Below, piece after piece: positions 15,946-24,640 of a DNA stretch of 64,000 nucleotides (positions within the stretch are counted from its first letter, which is position 1; every line of letters starts with the position of its first letter). Position numbers and translations under genes: made by a program. The stretch comes from Dehalococcoidia bacterium (GTDB lineage: Bacteria > Chloroflexota > Dehalococcoidia > Lucifugimonadales > UBA3495), in the NCBI GenBank assembly GCA_965249065.1, contig CBDFLG010000001.1, forward strand, positions 421,084 to 485,083, in the 5' to 3' direction. The notes beneath the pieces are model-generated. The model was not told where the DNA came from and ran no database searches. It saw only the letters and a program-made list of their open reading frames with translations.

Positions 15946-17526
15946 TTACCCCCGCAGCCGGTACCGCTGCACCTTGCCCGTTGCGGTCTTGGGCAAGTCT
16001 TCGACGAAGTTGACCCAGCGGGGATACTTGTAGCGGGCCAGGCCGCTCTTGCAGTGTTCCAGCAGTTCGTCGGCCAGTATGTCGCTGGCGTCTTGGGCGT
16101 CTTTCAGCACCACGAAGGCTTCCGGCTTGACCAGTTCATCGGCGTCGGCGCGGCCTACTACCGCGGCTTCCAGCACTCGCGGATGCTCGATTAGCCGCCC
16201 CTCGATTTCCACCGGAGAGCACCAGATGCCGCCGACCTTGAGCATATCGTCGCTGCGTCCGCAGTAGACGTAATAGCCGTCGGCGTCCTGGTAGTAGGTG
16301 TCGCCGGTGTTCAGCCAGCCGTCCACCATCGTCTCGGCGGTGCGCTCAGGGTTGTTCCAGTAATGCAAGGCGGTGGAGTCGCCGCGAATGAACAGCCGCC
16401 CGGTTTCTCCCGCCTCGACCGGCTGGCCTTCTTCGTCCACAATCCGGGCCCCGTATCCCGGCACCGGGCGGCCGCTGCTGCCAGGGCGGTAGTCGCCGGC
16501 GGTGTTGGAAATGAAGATGTGAAGCGCCTCGGTGGAGCCGATGCCGTCCAGAATCAGCGTGCCGGTGCGCTCCCGCCACCGCCGGAAGATGTCGGCGGGC
16601 AGTGCTTCCCCCGCCGACACGCAGCAGCGCACCGAGGACAAATCCCGGGGCGATTCGTCCAGCGCCCGCAGTTGGGCCGCATACAGCGTCGGCACCCCGA
16701 AGTACAGTGTCGGACGGTGTTGCTCGATAACGTCGAAGGTCATTTCCGGCGTGGGCCGCTGCCCGCTCAGCACCGCCGTCGCACCCGCCCACAGCGGGAA
16801 GGTCATAGCGTTGCCCAGCCCGTAGGCGAAGAACAGCTTGGCCGCCGAAAAGCATACGTCGTCCTCCTCCACCCCTAGTGTGCCGACGGCGTAATAGACG
16901 CAGGTGGTCACGATGTCGCGGTGCCGGTGTACCGCGCCTTTGGGCCGCCCGGTGGAGCCGGACGAATACAGCCAGAAGCATTCCGAGTCCGCCGAGGCGT
17001 CCGCCGGGGCCAGGATTGCCGACGTTTCTTCCATCATGTCGGCTACCGAGCTGGGGCCCTCGGTGCAGAGTATGAAGTTGGGCTGATGCGACGCTCCGGC
17101 AAGGGCCTGCGCCACCTCGCCCCGGTATTCCGGCGAATAGACCAGCCCGGCGCATCCTGAATCCTCGATGATGTGCCGGTAATCCCCGGAGCGCAGCAGC
17201 GTGTTGAGGGGAACCGGAATCAGCCCGGCCTTTATCGCGCCCCAGAACAGATAGAAGAACTCGGGGCAGTCCTTGACCACCATCAGAACCCGCCCGCCGG
17301 ACTCAGCGGCCAGCGTCCGCAGCAGGTTGCCGCAGCGGTTCACCCGCTCCGCCAACTGCGCATAGCTGACGGTGTCGCCGGTATCGTCGAAGACGATGGC
17401 CGTCTTGCCGCCCCGGCCCTCAGCCAAATGCCGGTCAATGAACGGCACGGCCACGTTGAAAACGTCCGGGTAGCAAATGCTGGACGGGCTGGCAATGGCG
17501 TCGATAACGACATCGTGCTGCGGCAT
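15946..17526 (-). CDS. bclA: Benzoate-CoA ligase family protein (AMP-forming)
   Basis: 526 aa with YSSGSTGRPKGAVHRHRD, GEALP, YRTGD-like NTGDTY and a C-terminal TATGKVQRYRLR. It lies next to boxB and boxC. Confidence 0.8.
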   Translation of the reverse strand: MPQHDVVIDAIASPSSICYPDVFNVAVPFIDRHLAEGRGGKTAIVFDDTGDTVSYAQLAERVNRCGNLLRTLAAESGGRVLMVVKDCPEFFYLFWGAIKAGLIPVPLNTLLRSGDYRHIIEDSGCAGLVYSPEYRGEVAQALAGASHQPNFILCTEGPSSVADMMEETSAILAPADASADSECFWLYSSGSTGRPKGAVHRHRDIVTTCVYYAVGTLGVEEDDVCFSAAKLFFAYGLGNAMTFPLWAGATAVLSGQRPTPEMTFDVIEQHRPTLYFGVPTLYAAQLRALDESPRDLSSVRCCVSAGEALPADIFRRWRERTGTLILDGIGSTEALHIFISNTAGDYRPGSSGRPVPGYGARIVDEEGQPVEAGETGRLFIRGDSTALHYWNNPERTAETMVDGWLNTGDTYYQDADGYYVYCGRSDDMLKVGGIWCSPVEIEGRLIEHPRVLEAAVVGRADADELVKPEAFVVLKDAQDASDILADELLEHCKSGLARYKYPRWVNFVEDLPKTATGKVQRYRLRG

Positions 17527-17547
17527 AACGCCTCCAAATCTCCCCGC

Positions 17548-17619
17548 TTAGGCTACACTTTAACAGAGGAAAATCAAGAGTTGCTACTGGAGGCATGGAA
17601 TGCCCGATTCAGCCCTTAA
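17548..17619 (+). pseudogene. 3' remnant of a DUF4160 gene (usual partner of DUF2442)
   Basis: The tail of ORF 17173..17619 reads ...LTEENQELLLEAWNARFSP*, resembling the DUF4160 C-terminal H.eEL...W motif. It overlaps the DUF2442 start by 20 nt, as intact pairs do. The rest of that ORF is antisense to bclA. Confidence 0.35.
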
Positions 17620-17965
17620 GCGTATGAACATTCCAGAAGCGGAAGACATTACTGTTACCGAAGACACCTTAACCGCTGAACTTTCTGATGGCCGGACTAT
17701 CGCTGTACCTCTATCCTGGTATCCCCGGCTGATTCATGCAACGCCGGAGGAGCGCAATAACTGGTGGCTTATTGGCACAGGTCAAGGCATACACTGGCCC
17801 GACCTGGATGAGGACATCAGCGTGGAGGGAATGCTGGCGGGCTGGCCCTCTCGTGAGAGTCAAAAGTCCCTTAAGCAGTGGCTCGAGGCCAAGAAGGAAG
17901 GACGCGGGCTGACGCTGTACGAGCTAATGGCCTACGAAAAGGAGCAGCAGCAGAGCGGGCGGTAA
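17600..17965 (+). CDS. DUF2442 domain-containing protein
   Basis: 121 aa: VTEDTLTAELSDGRTIAVPLSWYPRLIHATPEERNNWWLIGTGQGIHWPDLDEDISVEGMLAG. Confidence 0.8.
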   Translation: MPDSALKRMNIPEAEDITVTEDTLTAELSDGRTIAVPLSWYPRLIHATPEERNNWWLIGTGQGIHWPDLDEDISVEGMLAGWPSRESQKSLKQWLEAKKEGRGLTLYELMAYEKEQQQSGR

Positions 17966-17992
17966 CCGCACAAGCCGCCAACTCCTGTACCT

Positions 17993-19417
17993 TCAGTTGA
18001 AGCGGACGTACTCGAAGTCCCACGGCTTGCCGTCTACGCCGCGTACCGGGGGCGCAATCCAGCCGGCGATTTTGCCCGGCTCGATGACCCGGCGCATCAG
18101 CGAGTCCACGAAGGCCATATCCTCCGGGGTGGGCAGCCAGCGGGATACGTTGGCCTGCCATTCCGCTTCGCCGGTTACCCGCCCGTCCGGCGAAACCCGC
18201 AGACCGGCGGCGTTGCCGATGCGCCGGTTGAAGAAGCGATGCGGCAGTTCCAGCCGGAAATCCACGCCCAGCGTTTCCAGCGCCCGGTTCCAGCGGTCGA
18301 GGCCGCGCTGGCAGTCCTTGATGTAGTCGTCGCGCAGCCGTTCGTTGACCACGCTCAGGGCCGGCAACTGCTCCACGCTGATTCGTCCGTCTTGCACCGT
18401 ATGCACCGGCCACAGATCCGCCGTCAGGCGGTGGTCGCCGTCGAGCCGCGACTCCAGGTAGCGCCCCTTCAGCCCGGCGGTGAAGTAGTTGGCGGCGTTG
18501 GTCGAGGCCTCCTGCCCAAACAGGTCCACCGACACGCTGTAATGAAGGTTGACGTACTTCTGGATTGTTGGCAGGTCTATGACGCCCGCCGCCCGCAGGC
18601 GCTCCGGGTCGTCGGTTCCCAGCTCCCGCATCACCTCGCCGGTGCGCTGCGCCACCCGCATGACGCCGGTCTCGCCCACGAACATATGATGGGCCTCTTC
18701 GGTGAGCATGAAGCGGCAGGTGCGGGCCAGCGGGTCGAACCCTGACTCGGCCAGCGCCGCCAACTGGTACTTGCCGTCGCGGTCGGTGAAGTAGGTGAAC
18801 ATCAGGTAGGACAGCCAGTTGGGTGTCTGCTCATTGAACGCGCCCAAGATGCGCGGCCGGTCGGCGTCGCCGGAGTGCCGGTCCAGCATCGCCTCGGCTT
18901 CCTCTCGTCCGTCGCGCCCGAAATAGGCGTGGAGCAGGTAGACCATCGCCCACAGGTGCCGCCCTTCCTCCACGTTTATCTGGAACAGGTTGCGCAGGTC
19001 ATAGAGCGACGGGCAGGTAAGCCCCAGCCGCCGCTGCTGCTCCACCGACGCCGGTTCCGTGTCGCCCTGCGTGACGATGAGCCGCCGCAATGGTGCGCGA
19101 TACTCGCCCGGCACCTCCTGCCATACCGGCTGGCCCTGGTGGTCGCCGAAGGGTATGACCCGGTCGGGTTCAGGTTTCGCCAGAAAAATACCCCAACGGT
19201 ATTCCGGCATCTTGACGAAGCCGAAGTTGGCCCAACCGTCCGACTCGACACTGATTGCCGTTCGTAGATAAACGTCGAAGTCAGTGGAGCCGTCCGGCCC
19301 CATCTCGTCCCACCATTTCATATAGTTGGGCTGCCACGACTCCAAGGCGCGTTGCAGCCGCCGGTTGTCCGACAGCCCCACGTTGTTGGGAATGCGGTCA
19401 GTGTAGTTGATGCTCAT
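17993..19417 (-). CDS. boxB: Benzoyl-CoA 2,3-epoxidase, oxygenase subunit BoxB
   Basis: MSINYTDRIPNNVGLSDNRRLQRALESWQPNYMKWWDEMGP...VTQGDTEPASVEQQRRLGLTCPSLYDLRNLFQINVEEGRHLWAMVYLLHAYFGRDGREE...FEYVRFN is near-colinear with BoxB as I remember it. ATG 19417 follows GAGGGG. Confidence 0.9.
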   Translation of the reverse strand: MSINYTDRIPNNVGLSDNRRLQRALESWQPNYMKWWDEMGPDGSTDFDVYLRTAISVESDGWANFGFVKMPEYRWGIFLAKPEPDRVIPFGDHQGQPVWQEVPGEYRAPLRRLIVTQGDTEPASVEQQRRLGLTCPSLYDLRNLFQINVEEGRHLWAMVYLLHAYFGRDGREEAEAMLDRHSGDADRPRILGAFNEQTPNWLSYLMFTYFTDRDGKYQLAALAESGFDPLARTCRFMLTEEAHHMFVGETGVMRVAQRTGEVMRELGTDDPERLRAAGVIDLPTIQKYVNLHYSVSVDLFGQEASTNAANYFTAGLKGRYLESRLDGDHRLTADLWPVHTVQDGRISVEQLPALSVVNERLRDDYIKDCQRGLDRWNRALETLGVDFRLELPHRFFNRRIGNAAGLRVSPDGRVTGEAEWQANVSRWLPTPEDMAFVDSLMRRVIEPGKIAGWIAPPVRGVDGKPWDFEYVRFN

Positions 19418-19420
19418 AAT

Positions 19421-19458
19421 TCCCCTCACCCTGGCCCTCTCCCGTAATAAGGAGAGGG
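19421..19458 (-). repeat. Hairpin repeat family 2 (CCCTCTCC-loop-GGAGAGGG followed by AGGGTGAGGG), copy a
   Basis: CCCCTCACCCTGGCCCTCTCCCGTAATAAGGAGAGGG lies between the boxC stop and the boxB start. Related copies are at 40871-40915, 59314-59347 and 60149-60180, with a degenerate one at 29094-29153. Confidence 0.75.
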
Positions 19459-19467
19459 AACTGACGA

Positions 19468-21150
19468 TTACGCCCGCCGCCGGTCGAACTCCGCCCGCGC
19501 CCCGGTGCCGTAGGCTTGGAGCGCGCCCTGGCCGCCCGAGGCGTTGGGGCGCTGGAATATCCAGTTCTGCCAGGCGCTGAGGCGTCCGAAAATCTTGCTC
19601 TCCAGCGTTTCCGGGCCGCCGAAACGCAGGTTGGCCTCCATGCCCGTCAGCGCGTCGGGCGAGAAACTGGCCCGCTCCTCCAACGCCAGCCGCACCTCGT
19701 CTTCCCAGTCAATGTCGTCGGGTATAAACGTAACCAGGCCAAGCTCGTGCGCGGCTTCGGCGTCCAACTCGCGCCCAGTGTGCTCCTCCAGTTCGTCGGT
19801 GTCCAAGAACCGGCCCTCCGTCCGCGTCAGGCCGTTGACCATCGGCAGCGGCCCAAAGTTCATGCCGGTAAGCCGGACGGTGGGCGGCTCTTCGCCGTCT
19901 TCCAGCACACCGTCCAGCATATAGCAGCGGTCGGCGGCTAGGGCCAGTTCCAGCAGCGTGCCGGCGAAGCAGCTTCCCGGCTCAATCAGGGCCACCAGCG
20001 AACGCGAGCTGACATCCAGACGTTTCAGTGTGCGCTTCAGATACAGCGTGACTTCGCGCACCAGCCAGTGGCCGACGGATTCCAGCAACAGACGGTCATA
20101 GGCTTCTACCAGCGCGGCGTCGCCCGCGGCGCGGAACACCCAGGTTCCCACCTCGCCCTCGTTGGCCCGCAGGTGCAGGATGGCGTCGTCCAGTTGCCGA
20201 GCCAAAGCCAGCGGCCAGAATCGGTCGCCCTCGGCGAGGATGCCGTCGGCGTCTTTCGGTGGCGGACTGTCCGGTCCGCGAACCTCGAAAAAGGCCGCGC
20301 CCAACTGACGGTCAATCTCCACGCTGAGGTGTTCGTAGGCCACGCCGTCATCGCTGAAGTCCCGCGCCAGCGGAGTCAGCGCGATGCCCTCGCTCGCTGC
20401 CGGGCGGACACTTTCTGACGCCAGTTCCGCTGCCCGCTCCGATACCGCCGCGTCGAACCGGGAACGGGGGGCCAGTTCATCCACCAGTCCCCACTCCAGG
20501 GCGCGCGAGCCGCGCACTCCCTCGGACGCGGTGCAGAGGTAGTCGGCGTGGTCGCGGCGCACCCGGCGCTTGTCCACCAGCCGGGTCAGGCCGCCGGTGC
20601 CAGGCAGCACCGCCAGCAGCGGCAGTTCCGGCAAGGCTACCGTACTCGACCCGTCGTCTACCAGGATGATGTGGTCGCAGGCCAAGGCCAGCTCATAGCC
20701 GCCGCCGGCCGCCGGCCCGTTGACGGCGCAGATGTAGCGCTGGCCGGAGTTGGCGCTGGCGTCCTCGATGCCGTTGCGCGTTTCGTTGGTGAACTTGCAG
20801 AAGTTCACCTTCAGCGCGTGTTCGGCCTGGGCCAGCATACGGATGTTGGCGCCGGCGCAGAACACCCGCTCGTGCCCCGACGTAATCACCACCGCGCCCA
20901 CCTGCGGATGCTCGAACCGCAGCCGCTGCACCGCGTCATACAGCTCGATGTCCACGCCCAGATCATAGGAGTTCAGCTTCAACTCGTAGCCCGGATGCAG
21001 CGGTGCATCCTCCTGCACCCGCAGGATCAGGCGCGCCACCGCGCCGTCCACTTCCAGCCGCCAGTGCCGGTACTGCTCCGGCGCGGTGGCGAAGTCAATT
21101 CGCCACCCGCCCTCTTTCGCCGCAACCAAGGTAGTTTCCGCCGACGCCAT
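19468..21150 (-). CDS. boxC: 2,3-epoxybenzoyl-CoA dihydrolase BoxC (crotonase superfamily)
   Basis: 560-aa ORF with an enoyl-CoA hydratase-like N-terminal half (VFCAGANIRML). Length and position directly downstream of boxB fit BoxC. Confidence 0.85.
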   Translation of the reverse strand: MASAETTLVAAKEGGWRIDFATAPEQYRHWRLEVDGAVARLILRVQEDAPLHPGYELKLNSYDLGVDIELYDAVQRLRFEHPQVGAVVITSGHERVFCAGANIRMLAQAEHALKVNFCKFTNETRNGIEDASANSGQRYICAVNGPAAGGGYELALACDHIILVDDGSSTVALPELPLLAVLPGTGGLTRLVDKRRVRRDHADYLCTASEGVRGSRALEWGLVDELAPRSRFDAAVSERAAELASESVRPAASEGIALTPLARDFSDDGVAYEHLSVEIDRQLGAAFFEVRGPDSPPPKDADGILAEGDRFWPLALARQLDDAILHLRANEGEVGTWVFRAAGDAALVEAYDRLLLESVGHWLVREVTLYLKRTLKRLDVSSRSLVALIEPGSCFAGTLLELALAADRCYMLDGVLEDGEEPPTVRLTGMNFGPLPMVNGLTRTEGRFLDTDELEEHTGRELDAEAAHELGLVTFIPDDIDWEDEVRLALEERASFSPDALTGMEANLRFGGPETLESKIFGRLSAWQNWIFQRPNASGGQGALQAYGTGARAEFDRRRA

Positions 21151-21377
21151 AGCCCCTCAATCACCTGCCACCTGCGCGATTCTTACTATCATTGTATCAA
21201 ACCCGGATGCCTTGCCGGCGGGCCTTGCCGCCGGGCGAAATTGACCGGCAGGTTGGCCGACGTTTAAACGCCGCAGATTGACAAGCGTTGAGCGGTTGCC
21301 GTAGAAGACTGATACACTGCATAGGTAGAGAGACATGGCAAAGTCAGACTCTGGTCTAGCTGTGTAGGAGGCTGAAC

Positions 21378-22013
21378 ATGACACTAGCAACTGCTACTAT
21401 TTTGAGCAATGGGCCCAATGCCTATATCTCAGATTCGGGAGCACAAGCAATTCACGTATCTCGTTTGGAAGAGGCGGCAAGTGGCAGGCCTAAAACCATC
21501 ACCATCGAGGAAATCATCGTCCCGATTCTCGAAAGCGAAGACATTGCCGCAACGCTGCAAGAAAAATGGACGGCTTTCAAAGAGTGGCGAGATAAGGACG
21601 TCAGAGTTCGGGCTGCTAATGCCCCCTCCGACTTGACCGCGTTGTTGCAAGAAGAAGACAGCATTGACGAAAAATTGCGGCGCATATTTACCAAGTCGTC
21701 AGGAAATATCGGCGAAGCGTGGGTGAGGCCTTTGCTCGGCGGGCTTCATCTCAGGAAAATTGTTAGGGAGTCTGTGCTGCCGAATATCGAACAATGGGCA
21801 ACTGATTCTCGGCACATAATCTCCGATCGCATGGCTCTCAACGAGCTTTGCTTGACCTGCGTTCTGCATCACTTGGCAACCGGAGCCGGACGGAAGCCCG
21901 ACGTGCAAAAGTTGGCAGTATGGAGCTTCAAGTACGCCCAAGAGGCCTATTTCGAAGCCGGTTACAGCGGGAAGGACGCAGACGGCGGACGCAAGCTGGA
22001 ACAGGAAGAATGA
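21378..22013 (+). CDS. Hypothetical protein (211 aa), putative partner of the downstream RelE-like gene
   Basis: ATG with AGGAGG 7 nt upstream. AT-richer than the flanks. No domain recognised. Confidence 0.6.
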   Translation: MTLATATILSNGPNAYISDSGAQAIHVSRLEEAASGRPKTITIEEIIVPILESEDIAATLQEKWTAFKEWRDKDVRVRAANAPSDLTALLQEEDSIDEKLRRIFTKSSGNIGEAWVRPLLGGLHLRKIVRESVLPNIEQWATDSRHIISDRMALNELCLTCVLHHLATGAGRKPDVQKLAVWSFKYAQEAYFEAGYSGKDADGGRKLEQEE

Positions 22014-22333
22014 CGCCCCGATGGGATGCAGTTCTTCGGGAAGCGGCAAGAGAATTCCTTGCTTCTCTACCGTTGGGAGAGCGGCGAGATTGCAGGCAGG
22101 TCATCCTGAACGACCTTTGCAACAACCCTCTCCCGGCGAACAATCCGGCGCGGCGCGAATTGCTTAGGCAGCAGGGGACAATCCAGTGCTTCATCAAGGG
22201 TTGGCATTTCCTGTATGGAATCGAGAACGCTAACACCATCCGCGTCTACGGGATATATTACAGCCCCAACAACCCAAGTCACCCCATCTTCGGCCTCCCC
22301 TCTGACTCTCCTGAGTTGCCCGACATTCGGTAG
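22010..22333 (+). CDS. Hypothetical protein (107 aa) with a RelE/ParE-like sequence pattern
   Basis: ATG 22010 overlaps the upstream stop (ATGA). WDAVLREAAREFLASLPLGERRDCRQVILNDLCNNP...GWHFLYGIENANTIRVYGIYY follows the RelE/ParE layout. The track ORF start at 21848 is an antisense-type extension. Confidence 0.5.
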   Translation: MTPRWDAVLREAAREFLASLPLGERRDCRQVILNDLCNNPLPANNPARRELLRQQGTIQCFIKGWHFLYGIENANTIRVYGIYYSPNNPSHPIFGLPSDSPELPDIR

Positions 22334-22350
22334 CGAGTTGCGCCCGCCAT

Positions 22351-23121
22351 CTACCCCCGCCGGTAGTCCGGCTCCCGGCCCTCGCGGTAGGCGGCCAGTG
22401 CTTCCTTGTGATCGGGCGATGCCATGGCGATGGCCTGGCGGCGCAGGTACTCCTCAAAGAACTGGCCGTGCGGGTAGTCCTGATGGGCCGACAGCATCAG
22501 CTTGGTCTGGCGCGCGCCCTCGGAACTGATGGACAGGTAATGCTGCGTCAGGGCCTCCACCTCGGCGTCGAAGTTGTCGGCGTCAACCACGTAGTCCACT
22601 AGGCCGATGCGCTGCGCCTCGTGTCCGTCAACGTTTTCGCCCGACAACGCCATCCGCTTGGCGCGGCCCAAGCCGATGTAGCGGGGCAGGCGGTAGGTCC
22701 CGAGACCGGGGATGAAGCCTTCCTTGGCGGCGGGCAGACCCAGTTGACAGTCGGGCGTGGCGATGCGTATGTCGCAGGCCAGCGGGAGTTGCAGCCCGCC
22801 GCCCAGTGCGTAGCCCTGCATGGCGCACAGCACCAGCTTGTCCGACAGCTCCAGCAGCCGCAGCGCCCGGTCCCAGTGCTCGAAATAGGCGTGGGGCGTA
22901 CCTCCGGCGGCCAGTTCCTTCAGGTCAATCCCGGCGCAGAATGCGCGTCCCGCCCCGCGGATGATGACCGCTCGCGCCGTAGGGTCGTCGTGGATAGCCT
23001 GCGCCGCCTGGTGAAGCTCCACCGCCCCCTGGAAGTTGACGGCGTTCAGCGCATGGGGCCGGTTCAGCGTAAGGCGGATGAGGTCGCCGTCGCTTTCGAA
23101 GCGCATCATTTCTAGGTTCAT
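22351..23121 (-). CDS. Enoyl-CoA hydratase/isomerase family protein
   Basis: 256 aa: LNRPHALNAV...RAFCAGIDLKE...GYALGGGLQLPLACDIRIA crotonase motifs. Confidence 0.85.
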   Translation of the reverse strand: MNLEMMRFESDGDLIRLTLNRPHALNAVNFQGAVELHQAAQAIHDDPTARAVIIRGAGRAFCAGIDLKELAAGGTPHAYFEHWDRALRLLELSDKLVLCAMQGYALGGGLQLPLACDIRIATPDCQLGLPAAKEGFIPGLGTYRLPRYIGLGRAKRMALSGENVDGHEAQRIGLVDYVVDADNFDAEVEALTQHYLSISSEGARQTKLMLSAHQDYPHGQFFEEYLRRQAIAMASPDHKEALAAYREGREPDYRRG

Positions 23122-23138
23122 GGCTCCCCCACTTCGTT

Positions 23139-23215
23139 GGCCCTGAGCTTGTCGAAGGGCGCCTGTTCATCCTTCGACAAGCTCAGGACCAACGGGTTTG
23201 GGCTTGCATACGCGC
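23139..23215. repeat. Hairpin repeat family 3 (CCTGAGCTTGTCGAAGG / CCTTCGACAAGCTCAGG arms plus the AACGGGTTTGGG tail), full copy
   Basis: GGCCCTGAGCTTGTCGAAGG (23139-23158) and CCTTCGACAAGCTCAGGACC (23171-23190) form a 19/20 inverted repeat, followed by AACGGGTTTGGGCTTGCA. The same module occurs at 50975-51003, and one arm at 39267-39285. Confidence 0.8.
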
Positions 23216-23230
23216 CAACGGGCTTGGGGT

Positions 23231-24532
23231 CTACACCCGCCGGTTGTCAATGATGCGGGCGGCTTTGCCCTCGCTGCGGGGCAGTTGGCGGCGCGCGACG
23301 ATTTCGACGCGGCAGCCGATGCCCAAGCTGCTCTGCAACATTGCGGCCAGCCTTTGCCCGGCGTCGGTAACGGAGGCGCGGTCGCGGTGCAGTTCCTCAG
23401 ACGCCTCCACCCGGACGGTCAGCTCGTCCATACGCGCCGCGCCCCGTTCCAGCAGCAGCTCGTAGTGCGGTTCGAGCCCTTCCGTTCGGAGCAGCGCGGC
23501 TTCAATCTGCGAGGGAAACACGTTCACCCCGCGAATGATGAGCATATCGTCGGTGCGGCCCAGCGGCTTGTCCATCCGTACCGTGGCGCGGCCGCAGGGG
23601 CATTGCCCGCGCCTGAGCCGGGTCAGGTCGCCGGTGCGATAGCGCAGCAGGGGCAGGGCCTCCTTGGTGACGCAGGTCAGCGTCAGGTCGCCGGTCTCGC
23701 CGTCGGGCAGCGTCTCGCCGCTGTTCGGGTCTACGATTTCCGGGATGAAGTGGTCTTCGGCCAGGTGCATCCCCTGCTTTGCCGGGCATTCCATTGCCAC
23801 CGCAGGCCCCATCACCTCGGAGAGTCCGTAGATGTCGAGGGCGACGATGCCCAGACGCGCCTCGATTTCCGCCCGCATTTCCTCCGACCACGGCTCCGCG
23901 CCGAATATGCCCAGCCGCAGACGGCTCAGGTCTGCGCCGGACTCCGCTGCCTGCTCCCCGATGAGCAGCGAATAGGACGGTGTGGAGCATAGCACGGTTG
24001 CGCCGAAGTCCTGCGCCAGTTCGATCTGCCGCCGCGTGTTGCCCGCCGACACCGGGACCACCGTCGCGCCCATACGCTCTGCGCCATAGTGCAACCCCAG
24101 CCCGCCGGTGAACAGGCCGTAGCCGTAGGCGTTGTGGATAATGTCGCGCCGGTTCACGCCCGCCATGCTCAGCGCCCGGGCGGCCAAATCTCCCCACGCG
24201 GCGATGTCCTTGGCGGTGTAGCCCACCACCGTCATCTTGCCGGTGGTGCCGCTGGAAGCGTGCAGCCGCACCACGTCCTCCATCGGGACGGCGAACATCC
24301 CGAAGGGGTAGTTGTCGCGCAGGTCCTGCTTGACGGTGAAGGGCAGCCGGGCCAGGTCTTCCGGCGAGCTTATATCCTCCGGGGCCACGCCCGCCGCGCC
24401 CAGCTTCTCGCGGTAGAATGGCACGTTTTCGGCCACGCGCTCCATGCAGTCGCGCAGTCGCTCCGTCTGCAAAGCGGCCATCGCATCCCGCGAAATTAGC
24501 TCCACCGGATCCCAGGCCGGACTGTCCAACAT
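23231..24532 (-). CDS. paaK: Phenylacetate-CoA ligase family protein (PaaK-like)
   Basis: MLDSPAWDPVELISRDAMAALQTERLRDCMERVAENVPFYREKL...HASSGTTGKMTVV. ATG 24532 with GGAAGGA upstream. The track start at 24880 would overlap the Uma2 gene region. Confidence 0.8.
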   Translation of the reverse strand: MLDSPAWDPVELISRDAMAALQTERLRDCMERVAENVPFYREKLGAAGVAPEDISSPEDLARLPFTVKQDLRDNYPFGMFAVPMEDVVRLHASSGTTGKMTVVGYTAKDIAAWGDLAARALSMAGVNRRDIIHNAYGYGLFTGGLGLHYGAERMGATVVPVSAGNTRRQIELAQDFGATVLCSTPSYSLLIGEQAAESGADLSRLRLGIFGAEPWSEEMRAEIEARLGIVALDIYGLSEVMGPAVAMECPAKQGMHLAEDHFIPEIVDPNSGETLPDGETGDLTLTCVTKEALPLLRYRTGDLTRLRRGQCPCGRATVRMDKPLGRTDDMLIIRGVNVFPSQIEAALLRTEGLEPHYELLLERGAARMDELTVRVEASEELHRDRASVTDAGQRLAAMLQSSLGIGCRVEIVARRQLPRSEGKAARIIDNRRV

Positions 24533-24640
24533 TCTTCCTTCCAGTACAATATAGCCAGTATACTCCATTGCGATTCCCCGGATGCCCGATATGTTAAACA
24601 TTGCCGCCGGGCCCGGCTCGGCGATTTCCTGGAGGCTGCG

